This document shows, in pieces, positions 28,001-36,501 of a DNA stretch of 64,000 bases. Source of the DNA: a virus (taxonomy: Duplodnaviria > Caudoviricetes); IMG/VR virus record IMGVR_UViG_3300037963_006186, positions 1,382 to 65,381 of that record; one strand, 5' to 3'. The notes below the pieces were generated by a model. That model ran no database searches. It had not been told where the DNA came from and worked only from the letters and a program-made list of their open reading frames with translations. The translations under genes and the position numbers were made by a program. Numbering within the stretch: position 1 is the first letter of the stretch; the number at the start of each line of letters is the position of its first letter.

Positions 28001-29472
28001 GCGTCCGCAAAATTTGGCGGAATCGTTGAGTTAGACATCATGGGGCCGTTGGGATCTATTGTGCGAGCTAAAGTTTTGAACTTTTGCAGATCAGGCATCT
28101 CTCCTCGTATTGAGGGGTGCAACTGGTTGTACGATAGGTTTTGTACAAGGTTCAGAACTTGAGGTTTGATTTCTTCCTCTGTAGATATTTTGTCTTTTAC
28201 TTGAATGAATTTATCCAAGGCCAACCAATCCGAATCTGTTGGTTTTTGCGCACGAGAAAGAAGGTCTTGCTCTTCTTTCTTTTGGTACATCATTTCTTTT
28301 CGAACTTGCGACCGCATGGCCTTGTATTCATCGGTACGGCCAATCTCATCTTGGATTTCTCGCAGCCCCAAAAAAAACTCATCTCCAATATTGTTGACAA
28401 CATTTCGAACGGTTTCGTCGCCCGCAATGAGAGGTATAAAGGCTTCGGGGCCAATTATATCTTGGCTTTCAAGCTCTTCTTCGACCTTACGAATATATTC
28501 AGACCCCTTGTTTGAAATGTCTTTCAATTCGTTTATTTTATTTTTCTCTCTCCACTCATATGATTTTTCCACACCTAAATATTCTGCCAAAGAAACGACG
28601 TTAGTAACGATCAAGTCTCTCGCTTCAGGTGAGTTTACGATTAAAAAAGAAGCCAAATCATCTGGGATACCCATCACAGTCCAAGTTCTACGAACGAGGT
28701 CCATTCCGTAATCAAGCTCGTTATAATCTTCTGGTAAAGACGCAGCGCCAGCAACGCCTATTGTAGCAGCGGTGCCGATACCTCCAGCAGCCGCTCCCCC
28801 CAGCACTCCGCCCAACAACACCCCACCTACGCCTCCAGGGGATCCAGCAAGCCCGCCAAACACAGCACCGGCTCCAGCAAGGTACTTTGTTGCCTCTTTG
28901 AGCGTTTCATTGTCGGGAACAAAATATGGCCTTTCACCAACATTAGGAGGCCTTACAAGTTCGCCTTCTGTAGTAATAATTTTTTGTTCAATCAGTTCAG
29001 ATTGCTTCGGCAGAGTTCCTGGGTCTGGGTCAGATGTAAATAAACCTCTCACCTGATCGATATAGCTCACGCCCTCTGCAGCTTTTTTAGATGCCTGCTC
29101 CTGCAGCTTATACGCTGGAATAGTTCCTTCGTTACCGGACCTTTTTACCATTCTACCTATGGATGGTGAAAAAAATCCGCCTGAGTCGTAAGCCCCTGAA
29201 AAGACACCCGCTTTGTCGAGAACTGTTCCGTACTCTTTGCCTTTCTCGTAATCAGTGCCCAACATGGTCGCGAAAGTGCGTTGATTTAGCTCTTCTACTT
29301 CGGCCTCGGGATAATCTTCAGCAAGGCCACTAAAAACCATTTCGAAGTATGTATCTGCGAGTTCGTCCCGCTTTTCTAACAATACATCGGTAGGCTCATT
29401 TAAATTAAATACGTCTTCTGGGGTTGATCCTGGCGGTATAGACATGCCGTCGTTTTCGTTTTCTTCGGCCAT
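22030..29472 (-). CDS. very large internal virion (ejection-type) protein, 2480 aa
   Basis: Size; position as last of four internal-protein genes after the nozzle; glycine-zipper hydrophobic segments; LDYGRMT..E...FAFWTY motif. Confidence 0.7.
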   Translation of the reverse strand: MAEENENDGMSIPPGSTPEDVFNLNEPTDVLLEKRDELADTYFEMVFSGLAEDYPEAEVEELNQRTFATMLGTDYEKGKEYGTVLDKAGVFSGAYDSGGFFSPSIGRMVKRSGNEGTIPAYKLQEQASKKAAEGVSYIDQVRGLFTSDPDPGTLPKQSELIEQKIITTEGELVRPPNVGERPYFVPDNETLKEATKYLAGAGAVFGGLAGSPGGVGGVLLGGVLGGAAAGGIGTAATIGVAGAASLPEDYNELDYGMDLVRRTWTVMGIPDDLASFLIVNSPEARDLIVTNVVSLAEYLGVEKSYEWREKNKINELKDISNKGSEYIRKVEEELESQDIIGPEAFIPLIAGDETVRNVVNNIGDEFFLGLREIQDEIGRTDEYKAMRSQVRKEMMYQKKEEQDLLSRAQKPTDSDWLALDKFIQVKDKISTEEEIKPQVLNLVQNLSYNQLHPSIRGEMPDLQKFKTLARTIDPNGPMMSNSTIPPNFADAVLAVHEQRSDTEIQNSINAVQLGLFKNSPGFDVIVESTMPKFETIKDWAEDTITFIDEKTGGRATRILEREGFDLTQTPVYVEGHGTLYKRAEGAEIMNWANWIMTGLTETAFHVGEKLQDLVINYGVPNEIYGESRADRAFDRGIREPGLPLLVKIDARMKSGLGGPHIAAQEIARVYGYQPGDVEYNILSTAGFLTENINVERPIFKVLGKGLRLAGNSPYAAYAGFVARGSGVGRKIAKQELLAGVVEDVNVDPVVARQKLHEEAAVRMLNKGLNPLEKMTAAETRLFRRLALQAGLDPDAIFLAFAKSTDDSIELSKEAEKIVRKFGTNTVRTFKSSKAYKTIQSNLNRMVEEGLISPNDSSLFLAQIESQAFTAASSPNTRFFNAQEVIENLEVRLDTTDGLVRLRLDEPDGDTRFTARDGVRRSAFEYDENTGKRIITLFRSGDMGDLWSANADFMVSLMGPEFSQKLIRMFDHNVDENGVRTLTSEGSTQLSDAWQYYRRTKDSPNGYVAKLIDQLWMKLHQFYSRLRKQPGVLPKQVRQFWDVEFGELPSDRRFVEGFTEKARRRRAEAIFVSSDALERATEARPKKTKQAEGAQEMNMDEQTLRAFLGQKTQTRVEIQVDPRTGERTRIPRQVYADFYYDPLEVGRKLLSLIQVQPFRKRIAGAESSLTYPFGAKNQASVGTGGKYIVPNYRVAPIVEAAKRRLTDALGSTPDQLADRLNQRNYQKSEQGYTALYDLDGISDVTDADISAFRERIKASTQMPVGTRFDEAIDELLYTTEFLILNDRERAGLKTLLQELAASPQSNDLPLALLDPDANLKILSHNEYMRVLQVAQDIEANPLNRVDRNSIHPGYTQLFIQKFSNRSVLLPMKAAFEKIAELFEVNPPRFNKKNADPALVSEWQKWTREIASIPDKLATAAEKSGLDSFLDFYKNQVDLLVPRVQLANVSALFDIVSSFSETKNKIDADALAQIRDAQRQGQPPPVSFPPVEPFDLNYIYGKLNQIQDLLDGFYGMTRAERHALNNLRTLKEKGAGVFDNNTGSIRNLSESEANIVADSIQILEIGLREKKEYVVDFAKQTFKRAIGHQQNKIDWNFTDKQIKGLYKAFYVGDIQHIKDVATTKRLGGLYEYGEVDGIIKQIIKKQSKEALEKPYGESEVMLTNVLIYMKLDEVRFGLAKRMAELGYDTSTRGLTKVREPGEAPGLDRQKYIDRIAQFINDEMQWQESVILTTEGQVLDQPLRPPPEKYGPLDSPYREHQDAKSIGAIDRDARAEASRILDSMGVKRELGQFSKVMIGDRYFLLPETMIEGLEDALSSIYTSGAASGTFGRNYGPKGTVEYSLNPDNKIPWGIQKWKDILTAAERASDLLINPRHYYRRLLIGVGGLPMVPYAVSLFVGGLSEIHLGQGARAAFATIPDFVKGPFSRALNKTTGTNVNFVAGVMARISGDGSYRPNTKPLVLRDGRILTADFVANNMEAFGFHTAFADMIADPNIHNRIEDTFKKSSVKITGAQAGAIGGLVASLLTGASGVVAGTATGAGAGLTLGWLLTRGNALDKAHRFYREAFTSIDMYQRLKVFVRELENGVDFSDAAQRTLDIKLDYGRMTDIEASYLAKAFAFWTYFAQASGLFMRSLIENPDRIVAQLKLARSTQIAATKGEDPDLMLASWDKSRIFLPFEINGTFVRLPYTSVSDTMQLLVDFIKLASSIPGTVSGDLDSPDMRESMQAIAGRGSPFLVEGIRQLVGVDPGRGFALERATNQVPALLVQLDYDIFGGALWDYLNIKFIPYDDMKKDWGFDANTGRRVNPNNLEMPARGIYIAQNPYTYSMLMNFLQTPVTGRMGRVLEALDRSNIGFTEALVKASDLYFQADREKPLLANIPFATSPGFVKERRRSYMRRPVNFGPDNLDTATGRIFMRADEQYVAPDGSSYTLEYDQYQPLEILKAFGFGYLTPRTYEEQVNRKLREQIRYLNDRVKKQPQK

Positions 29473-29484
29473 TTTAAACCCATT

Positions 29485-32400
29485 TTAGAATGTTGATTTT
29501 AATAAAAGATCATCGCTCAGGCTATATTTTTCAAAAACATCTGGCAACGCTTTCATAGGGTCCATCGGTTGAAACTTACCATTAGACATAGTTCCAATTT
29601 CGAAATGCAGGTGTGGGCCTGTTGAGCGTCCGCTGGATCCAGCAAACATTATTACGTCACCTGCTTTTACTTTTGTCCCTATGTTTATTTTTTGAGGGAT
29701 TGATTCACCGTGATAGTATTTTGATATTCTGCCATCGTCGTGCATTATCTCAACAAATCTACCACGACTATCGACAGAATCTTTTTGAACCATAATTACG
29801 GTGCCGTCCATAACAGACATAACCTCAGTGTTGTCGTCTGCTTTTCTTGCACGCAAGTCTATCCCCTGGTGATCTCCTCCTCTTGATTCATACACGTCAG
29901 TGATCACCAAACGACCCTCTCTGTCCGGTCTTGTGGGCGGCACAGCGTAAGGCTCCATTAAGTCTTGTTCTGCACCCTCCGCCATGATGTTGATAAGTTC
30001 GTCCTGGCTTTTTGGAGCATTGGGGTTGCCATTCTCTCCGGTGTTGACATTCTCTACGGTTTTGGGTTTTCTCAAATCAACAGGAGTATTTGATCCACCG
30101 GCGCGCTTAAATCCACCAGCCGTCGATACATCTGGCTCTATTGACTCTGTAGCGGTTCGTTTTTGCAAAACGCTATTTTCTACCCGTCTAGCCAATTCGT
30201 CAGGTAAGTCTAAGTTGCTTTGTAATATTTTTAGCCTTGCAGTTACATCGTCGCTAAATTGAACTTTACCTCCGCTTAGCTCTGCTCTTGCGTCTGTAAC
30301 ATCAAAAATATTATTCAACGCCTGGGTATAGATTTGAATATTTCTGCCCATTCTCTCATCTGAAATATTAGAAGGGGGTTGCGGAGGCGGTGCTGCAGCA
30401 ACTTTCGGAGGCGGTGCTGCACGGCGTTTCGGGGGCGGTGGTGCTGTAGCAACTTTCGGAGGCGGTGCTACAGGGGGTTCCGAAGTTGTCTCGTCTTCAA
30501 GACTTGCAACCACTTGTGGTGGTCTCTTTGTACGAGATTGAGCAGTAGCTGCTGGTGTACCAGACAACGTTTTTCCAATATTTTCTCCAGCGTTTGGATC
30601 GAATCTGGTAGCGATAGATGTACCTAAAAAATCTTTATAATCTGACGGTAAATCAGGAGGCGGTTCGCCTCTTGTCCCTATTCGATTTGTAGCTACTAGA
30701 GTGCCCTTTGGGGTTGTTTCGGCTGGAGACCCTGTTGGGGCTGGGTCTGTTTTGATTTCCAAATCATAACGACCATATCTCTTATCAAAATCGTAACCAC
30801 TTGGGCTTTCAGTTCGTTCAATATTCAAAGAGGCCAATTTCGCCTGATTAAGAATATCATTTATTGTGTCCTCAAGATTGTCGGATTCACTTTGCACCAA
30901 AAGCTGGGATCCAGAAAAACCTAAAACTCGTTCCCGAATATTGTCGGCATCTTTTTCGCTCCGAACGTTATCTTCTCCCAACGAATCTGGGTGACTCAGA
31001 AAGTTCATAAGCTCAATGTTTTTAGCCAACAAATCAGGATCTTCTAAATTTATGTCCTGAACATACTCAGACACACGTCTACCATCAAATCCGATTCGTC
31101 CTTTGGTTGCGAGCAACAGGTTTTTTAGCCTCTGTTTTCTAATGGCTGGAAAATTGGTTTTGGCGGCGTTTTCGGTTTCTTTTATCGCGACCAATCCTAG
31201 AATAAAATCTTTTGGGAATTTTCGACGAACCTCTTCCGGCAAACTATTAAAGCTTTCGACTAATTCAATAGGGTCTATTTTAGATTCATTGTTTGATGCT
31301 TGCTCAAACCTTCTTACTATGGCCCTTATTACAGGCACTCCAGGGTTACCGAAAGATTCAGCAGGCTTACCGGGGGTGAGTCCACTTGCCGCTATTTGTC
31401 TACCCAGACCTATATCATCCAGGTCATCTTCCTCTTCATTCGCTAACTCGAGATCAAGTCTGTTTTGTTTAAACTCAATGTCAGGATCTGCCTGGGATTC
31501 ATCTACTACAATTTGATCCGCAGCAGGTGAAAACTGAATGTCTGATGCCTGTTCTTTACGCTCTGGCATCTCAGGAATAAAATCAGCAAAAGACCCCGTG
31601 AAACCTATTGCTCCACGAAACCCCGGTGAGGGATAGATTGGGTGATTGAGCAAAGCCAACATCGATTGACTTGTTCGCTCTGGCAATGATCTCAGGAGTA
31701 ATTTTTGTTGTTCTTCGACCTTTTTCAGCTCACCTTTAATGGCTTCAATACGTTTTGTGTCAGCATCACTTAAGGTTGTTGTTGCAGAAACCCCACCATA
31801 CAACTCGGGGAAAGCTTTTTGTTCAGCAATTTGAAAAAGTTTATCTTCCTTTGTTGCTTTGGGCCGCGCTTTTGTTTTTGGTAACAACAAGCCTAAACGG
31901 TCTGCATCAGAAGGAATCGTTTTTACTTGATCAGTGGTGTAAGGGTAAAAATATGATATAAATTCATCTATGTTATAATCGTCAGTTATTTGTTGAGACT
32001 GATCTGGAAAAAACTCTCTAGCTTTTTCAACAAACCTGTTTTGTATTTTATTTAAAATATTTGATTTTAAATTATCACTAATTTCAGTATTATCATTTAT
32101 CTCATCAATAAAGTTTTTATATGCAAAAAATAAACCAGAATCTGTTGGCGCTTTTTTAGCTGTTTTTCCTAAAAAATTAAGATTAGCAAGATTGCTGTCC
32201 ATTTTTTTTACAAACTGTTCAGCTCTTCCTTCTTCTGAAATTTGTTTGTTTCTTAAGTTTGCAAAAGCACCGGTCATATCCTCAGTAACATTCGCTGCAG
32301 AATTTCTTGTCTTATTGTTTTTGGTTAGCAATAGTGTCAAATCAGAGGTTAATTTTTCGTTCCAGTTATCTAATTTTGTTTTATTTTTTTGTTTCTCACT

Positions 32401-32628
32401 GCGAAGCCGCATGTACGCTCTTTTGTCTGCCTCAGAGCCCGTAGATGATCTACCATAGGATCTCGATTGAGCAGAAATCAACAACCTTTGTAGCGTTCTT
32501 TTTTCACTGTCCAAGGCATTAAAACGAGTCATTGCCTCTCTATATCTGGCCTCACTTTGACTATAAGAAGCTTGTGCGGTTCCTCGAGAGAGTTCGCTAA
32601 TTTTTGTATATGCATCTCGGCCAGACAT
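29485..32628 (-). CDS. internal virion protein with C-terminal M23 peptidase
   Basis: HQGIDLRA, SKYYHG and SSGRSTGPHLHFEI at the C-terminus; Pro-rich linker. Confidence 0.85.
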   Translation of the reverse strand: MSGRDAYTKISELSRGTAQASYSQSEARYREAMTRFNALDSEKRTLQRLLISAQSRSYGRSSTGSEADKRAYMRLRSEKQKNKTKLDNWNEKLTSDLTLLLTKNNKTRNSAANVTEDMTGAFANLRNKQISEEGRAEQFVKKMDSNLANLNFLGKTAKKAPTDSGLFFAYKNFIDEINDNTEISDNLKSNILNKIQNRFVEKAREFFPDQSQQITDDYNIDEFISYFYPYTTDQVKTIPSDADRLGLLLPKTKARPKATKEDKLFQIAEQKAFPELYGGVSATTTLSDADTKRIEAIKGELKKVEEQQKLLLRSLPERTSQSMLALLNHPIYPSPGFRGAIGFTGSFADFIPEMPERKEQASDIQFSPAADQIVVDESQADPDIEFKQNRLDLELANEEEDDLDDIGLGRQIAASGLTPGKPAESFGNPGVPVIRAIVRRFEQASNNESKIDPIELVESFNSLPEEVRRKFPKDFILGLVAIKETENAAKTNFPAIRKQRLKNLLLATKGRIGFDGRRVSEYVQDINLEDPDLLAKNIELMNFLSHPDSLGEDNVRSEKDADNIRERVLGFSGSQLLVQSESDNLEDTINDILNQAKLASLNIERTESPSGYDFDKRYGRYDLEIKTDPAPTGSPAETTPKGTLVATNRIGTRGEPPPDLPSDYKDFLGTSIATRFDPNAGENIGKTLSGTPAATAQSRTKRPPQVVASLEDETTSEPPVAPPPKVATAPPPPKRRAAPPPKVAAAPPPQPPSNISDERMGRNIQIYTQALNNIFDVTDARAELSGGKVQFSDDVTARLKILQSNLDLPDELARRVENSVLQKRTATESIEPDVSTAGGFKRAGGSNTPVDLRKPKTVENVNTGENGNPNAPKSQDELINIMAEGAEQDLMEPYAVPPTRPDREGRLVITDVYESRGGDHQGIDLRARKADDNTEVMSVMDGTVIMVQKDSVDSRGRFVEIMHDDGRISKYYHGESIPQKINIGTKVKAGDVIMFAGSSGRSTGPHLHFEIGTMSNGKFQPMDPMKALPDVFEKYSLSDDLLLKSTF

Positions 32629-32637
32629 TATAAACCT

Positions 32638-33183
32638 CTATTTGCTTAGATAAAAAACAAGTAACTTGTCGCCACTTGTAGCGGTGCCGCCAGTGTTAGA
32701 TATTGTATCTGCTTTTTTAATTGAAAACTCAGATGTCAGGTCAGTTAACAGGCCAGAAGTGCCATTTTGTTCAAAAACACATATGAGTTCATCAATTGGT
32801 TTGATGCCTGAGACTGTATGATTCCCAGCACTGCCACCATTTATTAAAGACGCTTTGATCGCGTTTGTGATTTTTGATCCCGTTATTGAATTGTCTGCAA
32901 TCATTTCAGAACTGACAAAGCCGGGAGAAAAAAGACTTCTCAGTCCGCTTTTCACAGAAAAAACAGCGTCCGGTATTACTGACCTTAAAAACGAAGCAGA
33001 AAACGATTCTGCGGCAAAAATTCTTTGGATGAACGTTTCTGTGAATGAAGAATCGTTGATTTCGTTAATATTTAAACGGCTTTCTACCTGGATTCGTCTG
33101 GTTTGTCGTTCAACTTTAGCGGGCTCTGGCCTTAGCCTGGGAACATAACGACCATTTTTCCATGGCATTTTATTAGATTTCAT
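32638..33183 (-). CDS. hypothetical virion protein
   Basis: 181-aa ORF overlapping the upstream gene in the late operon. Confidence 0.65.
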   Translation of the reverse strand: MKSNKMPWKNGRYVPRLRPEPAKVERQTRRIQVESRLNINEINDSSFTETFIQRIFAAESFSASFLRSVIPDAVFSVKSGLRSLFSPGFVSSEMIADNSITGSKITNAIKASLINGGSAGNHTVSGIKPIDELICVFEQNGTSGLLTDLTSEFSIKKADTISNTGGTATSGDKLLVFYLSK

Positions 33184-34060
33184 CCAAAGGTGGAGTACGA
33201 ATTACATCCAAAGGCTTAACACCAATCTTTGGTGAAAATGGTGTTGTTGGTTGGGCAGCACCAGTAAGTTGAGCGAGTTCGGACCCAAAAGTTTGTGATG
33301 GCATCCCCAGTTGTTGAGCCCTTTTTCTGGCCTGTTGTTCTTTGAATGCGTTTAAACTTTTGGCTCGCTTTTGGGCTTTTTCGATTGCCGAAGCAACCCT
33401 TTCTTCCCCTCTGCCTGTTTTTTCAAATCTCTCAGACAAGCGTCTTGCTCGCTTTGTGGACCTCAACGCTTTGTCTTCGAGCTTTCTTTCTGTCGTCTTG
33501 GGCTGTATAAAGCTTGCTACGCCTTCCGCTGCAGTGAAAGCAATATCGAATGGCTTTCTCGCTGCTAATATTTTTTTCTCTGACTCAGCCTGTTGTTTAG
33601 CTCTTTCAATCTCAAATTTTGTAGGCAATAACTCGGCAGTTCTCATCGCATCGGTCTTCATTGCTTCTGTTAATCCCTCGGTTCGAGGTTGCTCTACAGA
33701 CTGTTCATAAGCCCGTTGTACGTTTTGCAGTAATTGAGCAGCATCTTCTGGACTTTGAACAGTTGCAGCCAGTGTGCGACCAGTGTCAGTAACAGCCTGT
33801 GATGCACCAAAATTTTGAGATGGCAACTCAATCTTTTTATCCATTGCTTGTGATATTTGAGACAACTGGTCTTTACTTAAGTTTACAGTGTCTGTCAGTT
33901 GTTGCTCTTTAGCTGAATAATCTGACAAAACATTAAAAAATTCCTTACCAAGACCAAGGAGGCTTTTGCCTAAAAACATAGCCTCTTGACCCCTTTGGCC
34001 CCGTTTCTCTGCGTCAAATGATTCAAATAGCGCTTGATCGTCTGGGTTAGTAATAGACAT
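33173..34060 (-). CDS. putative internal virion protein
   Basis: AGGAG SD; helical and Q/A/E/K-rich. Confidence 0.65.
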   Translation of the reverse strand: MSITNPDDQALFESFDAEKRGQRGQEAMFLGKSLLGLGKEFFNVLSDYSAKEQQLTDTVNLSKDQLSQISQAMDKKIELPSQNFGASQAVTDTGRTLAATVQSPEDAAQLLQNVQRAYEQSVEQPRTEGLTEAMKTDAMRTAELLPTKFEIERAKQQAESEKKILAARKPFDIAFTAAEGVASFIQPKTTERKLEDKALRSTKRARRLSERFEKTGRGEERVASAIEKAQKRAKSLNAFKEQQARKRAQQLGMPSQTFGSELAQLTGAAQPTTPFSPKIGVKPLDVIRTPPLDEI

Positions 34061-34069
34061 TTTAAACTC

Positions 34070-34498
34070 CTATAGAAACGTTTTTCTGCCGTACGTAACG
34101 GCTAAGTAGTTGTCGTACGGCGTTCCTGGTCCTGCTGCCATAGCTCCACTGAGGAGAGTGTCGTCTATAGCGACCATGGGTGGAGGCAGGTCTCCTTGGT
34201 CTTTAGCTGCTCTTGCGGCTATTCTTTTGTTTTCAGCAAGTTCTCTTCTTTGCGCCTTGTCTACGGCGGCTTGCGCATTTTTCGCTTCTACTTCCTGTTT
34301 TTTACGGAGCTTTTCAGCTTCTTTTTCTGCATCTTTTTGAGCTTTTTGTTGAGCTTTGGCTCCAAAAAAGCCCGCAGCCCCACCAGCTATACCTCCAATC
34401 AGGGCTGTTATTGGCGCGGCAGGGCCACCAACCGCAGCGCCAATCCCCGCTCCAGCGGCAGCACCACTTACTGTGCCTCCAACTACTTCAGTATCCAT
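34070..34498 (-). CDS. glycine-zipper internal virion (pilot-like) protein
   Basis: GAAAGAGIGAAVGG...IGGIAGGAAGFFG followed by coiled coil. Confidence 0.7.
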   Translation of the reverse strand: MDTEVVGGTVSGAAAGAGIGAAVGGPAAPITALIGGIAGGAAGFFGAKAQQKAQKDAEKEAEKLRKKQEVEAKNAQAAVDKAQRRELAENKRIAARAAKDQGDLPPPMVAIDDTLLSGAMAAGPGTPYDNYLAVTYGRKTFL

Positions 34499-34519
34499 GA
34501 AAACCTCATATTTATCATA

Positions 34520-35338
34520 TCACTTGTGGTGGCAATCAACTATGAAGTTGCGCTCATCAAACACGACATGTCTAACATTTACGTCGTCTTCACCCTTCAG
34601 CCTGTAACAAAAACGGTAAGAAATTTTATTTTCTCCAACATTTAAATCTATAAGTCGAGCAAAAGAGTGTTGTTGTCGTCTAAAATTATATGCTTGTTGG
34701 CCTCGAGAGTATATTCTTCTCCGGGTCTGCTCGACAGGCTCACCATTCAAGAAAAGCATAGTTTCGCCTATTACTCTGCCAGTTAACAGCACCCTGGTCT
34801 GCGCAGCGTATTGACGATCATGGAACCAAACTGAATTATCTCTCTCGTTATATCCAAAATCATCAAACTTCATTCTTCGAACATTTTGAAAGCCGTCAGC
34901 GCCTTCTTGGTCCATTACATAAAAACTGCCAATGACATGAGCAGTAGCATTTGAACGCTCATTAAAAACGGTTGCAGACATTCCCTCTATCGGCTGCCAA
35001 GCAGTTGTTTTCTTTTTTGCTGCTTCATGGCTATACGATCCAGGTAAATTTACGCTGCCGGAAGATTCGTGTCGATAATACCGATCAAGCATGTTTCCGC
35101 GTCTAGACCGATAAGTGGTGTTCGAGGACACCGCCTCAATTCGAGGGTTTGGTGATCCGTAAAATTCAGGTTTTTCGATGTGCTCAGATGTAATAAATTC
35201 TCTTTCCTCGAAATCTTCTTCTGGATCAATGCCGCCATTAACGAATCTTTGAAGCTCCTCGAATCGCTTTCTAAACTCGGAAGCATCAACAAATTCACCC
35301 GGTGAAACATCTTTAAAAATGGTTGGATCTATTGGCAT
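34520..35338 (-). CDS. tail appendage protein 3
   Basis: N-terminal GEFVDASEF...FVNGGID shared with the two upstream genes. Confidence 0.65.
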   Translation of the reverse strand: MPIDPTIFKDVSPGEFVDASEFRKRFEELQRFVNGGIDPEEDFEEREFITSEHIEKPEFYGSPNPRIEAVSSNTTYRSRRGNMLDRYYRHESSGSVNLPGSYSHEAAKKKTTAWQPIEGMSATVFNERSNATAHVIGSFYVMDQEGADGFQNVRRMKFDDFGYNERDNSVWFHDRQYAAQTRVLLTGRVIGETMLFLNGEPVEQTRRRIYSRGQQAYNFRRQQHSFARLIDLNVGENKISYRFCYRLKGEDDVNVRHVVFDERNFIVDCHHK

Positions 35339-35340
35339 GT

Positions 35341-36501
35341 CTACCTTTTTATTTGATATCCATTGAGATTGAAGTCGGTCAAAGAAAAATCTATAAATTT
35401 AGGTGGTAGACACCCACCTGCCCACTCTGCCCTTGTGCCTTTTTGTTCTGTTCCAGAAAATCCTGAATCAAAACCCCACGCCTGACACCAAACAGCGTAT
35501 TGCACAGATTTAAAACCATGAACATCATGAGATGCTTCAGATCGAGTAAATTCATGAAAAAAAGCAGTTGTGTATGAAACATCATTGATCATAGAAAGGG
35601 TCTCTTTGCGATCATATCGAGTTTCGATATCTACCTCACCAAACAGGGTTGTGTTGTCTCTATATGGGAAAGGGTTCGTGTAAAGCTTCTCTCCTTCGTA
35701 TGCAGGTGGAGGGGGCGGTGGTCCATAAGTGCTTCCTTCAATCATAGAGCCCGTGTGTCCCTTGTGAAGGGTGTTTAGCGTATTGATGGCGTTAGCGTCA
35801 TCTGTTTCAACAAATGGTTCCTCTAAGAACACCCTAAATGCACCAGCATTAAAACCCAATTCGAATGTGGTTGATGAACCACTCGAGTCACTAGGAACTT
35901 TATCACTAAACGCTAATTTAAATTCTTGAAGGGTAGATGGAATCGCTTTCCACCCAGTCGACAAATCGGCGTTATTGGGATCAGGTTCAAACTCAAAATT
36001 GTATCGATAAGCTAAAAAAACTCTAATACATGGGTTGTTGCCGCCCCAAAAAGTTCGAGCACCAACATCGGGCACTCTAATTCGACAGCTAGCTCTTAAG
36101 AAAATACCGAATTTATCTCCGCTTTTTTCATCGTAATGAGATGGATTTTCTATATTACTAAAACCAAAGTCAGAAGACCAAGCGTCATCAGTTGTTGAAA
36201 AGCTCGTGCCAAAAACAATGCTATTTTTTTCGGGCCAATGCACCTTAGTTGGTACCTCAAAAATTGATTCGTAGGGTCTCCTAATATCAGTACCGGGTGT
36301 AGGAACAGTTATGTTCGAATATCTAATGCTTGCTGTTTTTCCGAAAACAGAGTTTTCTTTTATATGTAAATTGTTTATTGCCTCTTCAGATAAATTTTCT
36401 TCATTTATTTTTAAAGATCTAAATGAATTTTGCATTTCATTAAAGCTTTCACTTGTGATTTCATCACCAGATTTAAATTCATTTATTTTTAATGTGGACA
36501 T
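35341..36501 (-). CDS. tail appendage protein 2
   Basis: N-terminal FKSGDEITSESFNE...INEENL; ATG coupled to the upstream stop. Confidence 0.65.
   Translation of the reverse strand: MSTLKINEFKSGDEITSESFNEMQNSFRSLKINEENLSEEAINNLHIKENSVFGKTASIRYSNITVPTPGTDIRRPYESIFEVPTKVHWPEKNSIVFGTSFSTTDDAWSSDFGFSNIENPSHYDEKSGDKFGIFLRASCRIRVPDVGARTFWGGNNPCIRVFLAYRYNFEFEPDPNNADLSTGWKAIPSTLQEFKLAFSDKVPSDSSGSSTTFELGFNAGAFRVFLEEPFVETDDANAINTLNTLHKGHTGSMIEGSTYGPPPPPPAYEGEKLYTNPFPYRDNTTLFGEVDIETRYDRKETLSMINDVSYTTAFFHEFTRSEASHDVHGFKSVQYAVWCQAWGFDSGFSGTEQKGTRAEWAGGCLPPKFIDFSLTDFNLNGYQIKR

Noticed and set aside
22030-29472. Tape measure protein or virion RNA polymerase
   Set aside because: No tail tube or chaperone genes and no periodic TMP pattern; I did not recognise RNAP catalytic motifs, though a structure search is needed to exclude them fully.
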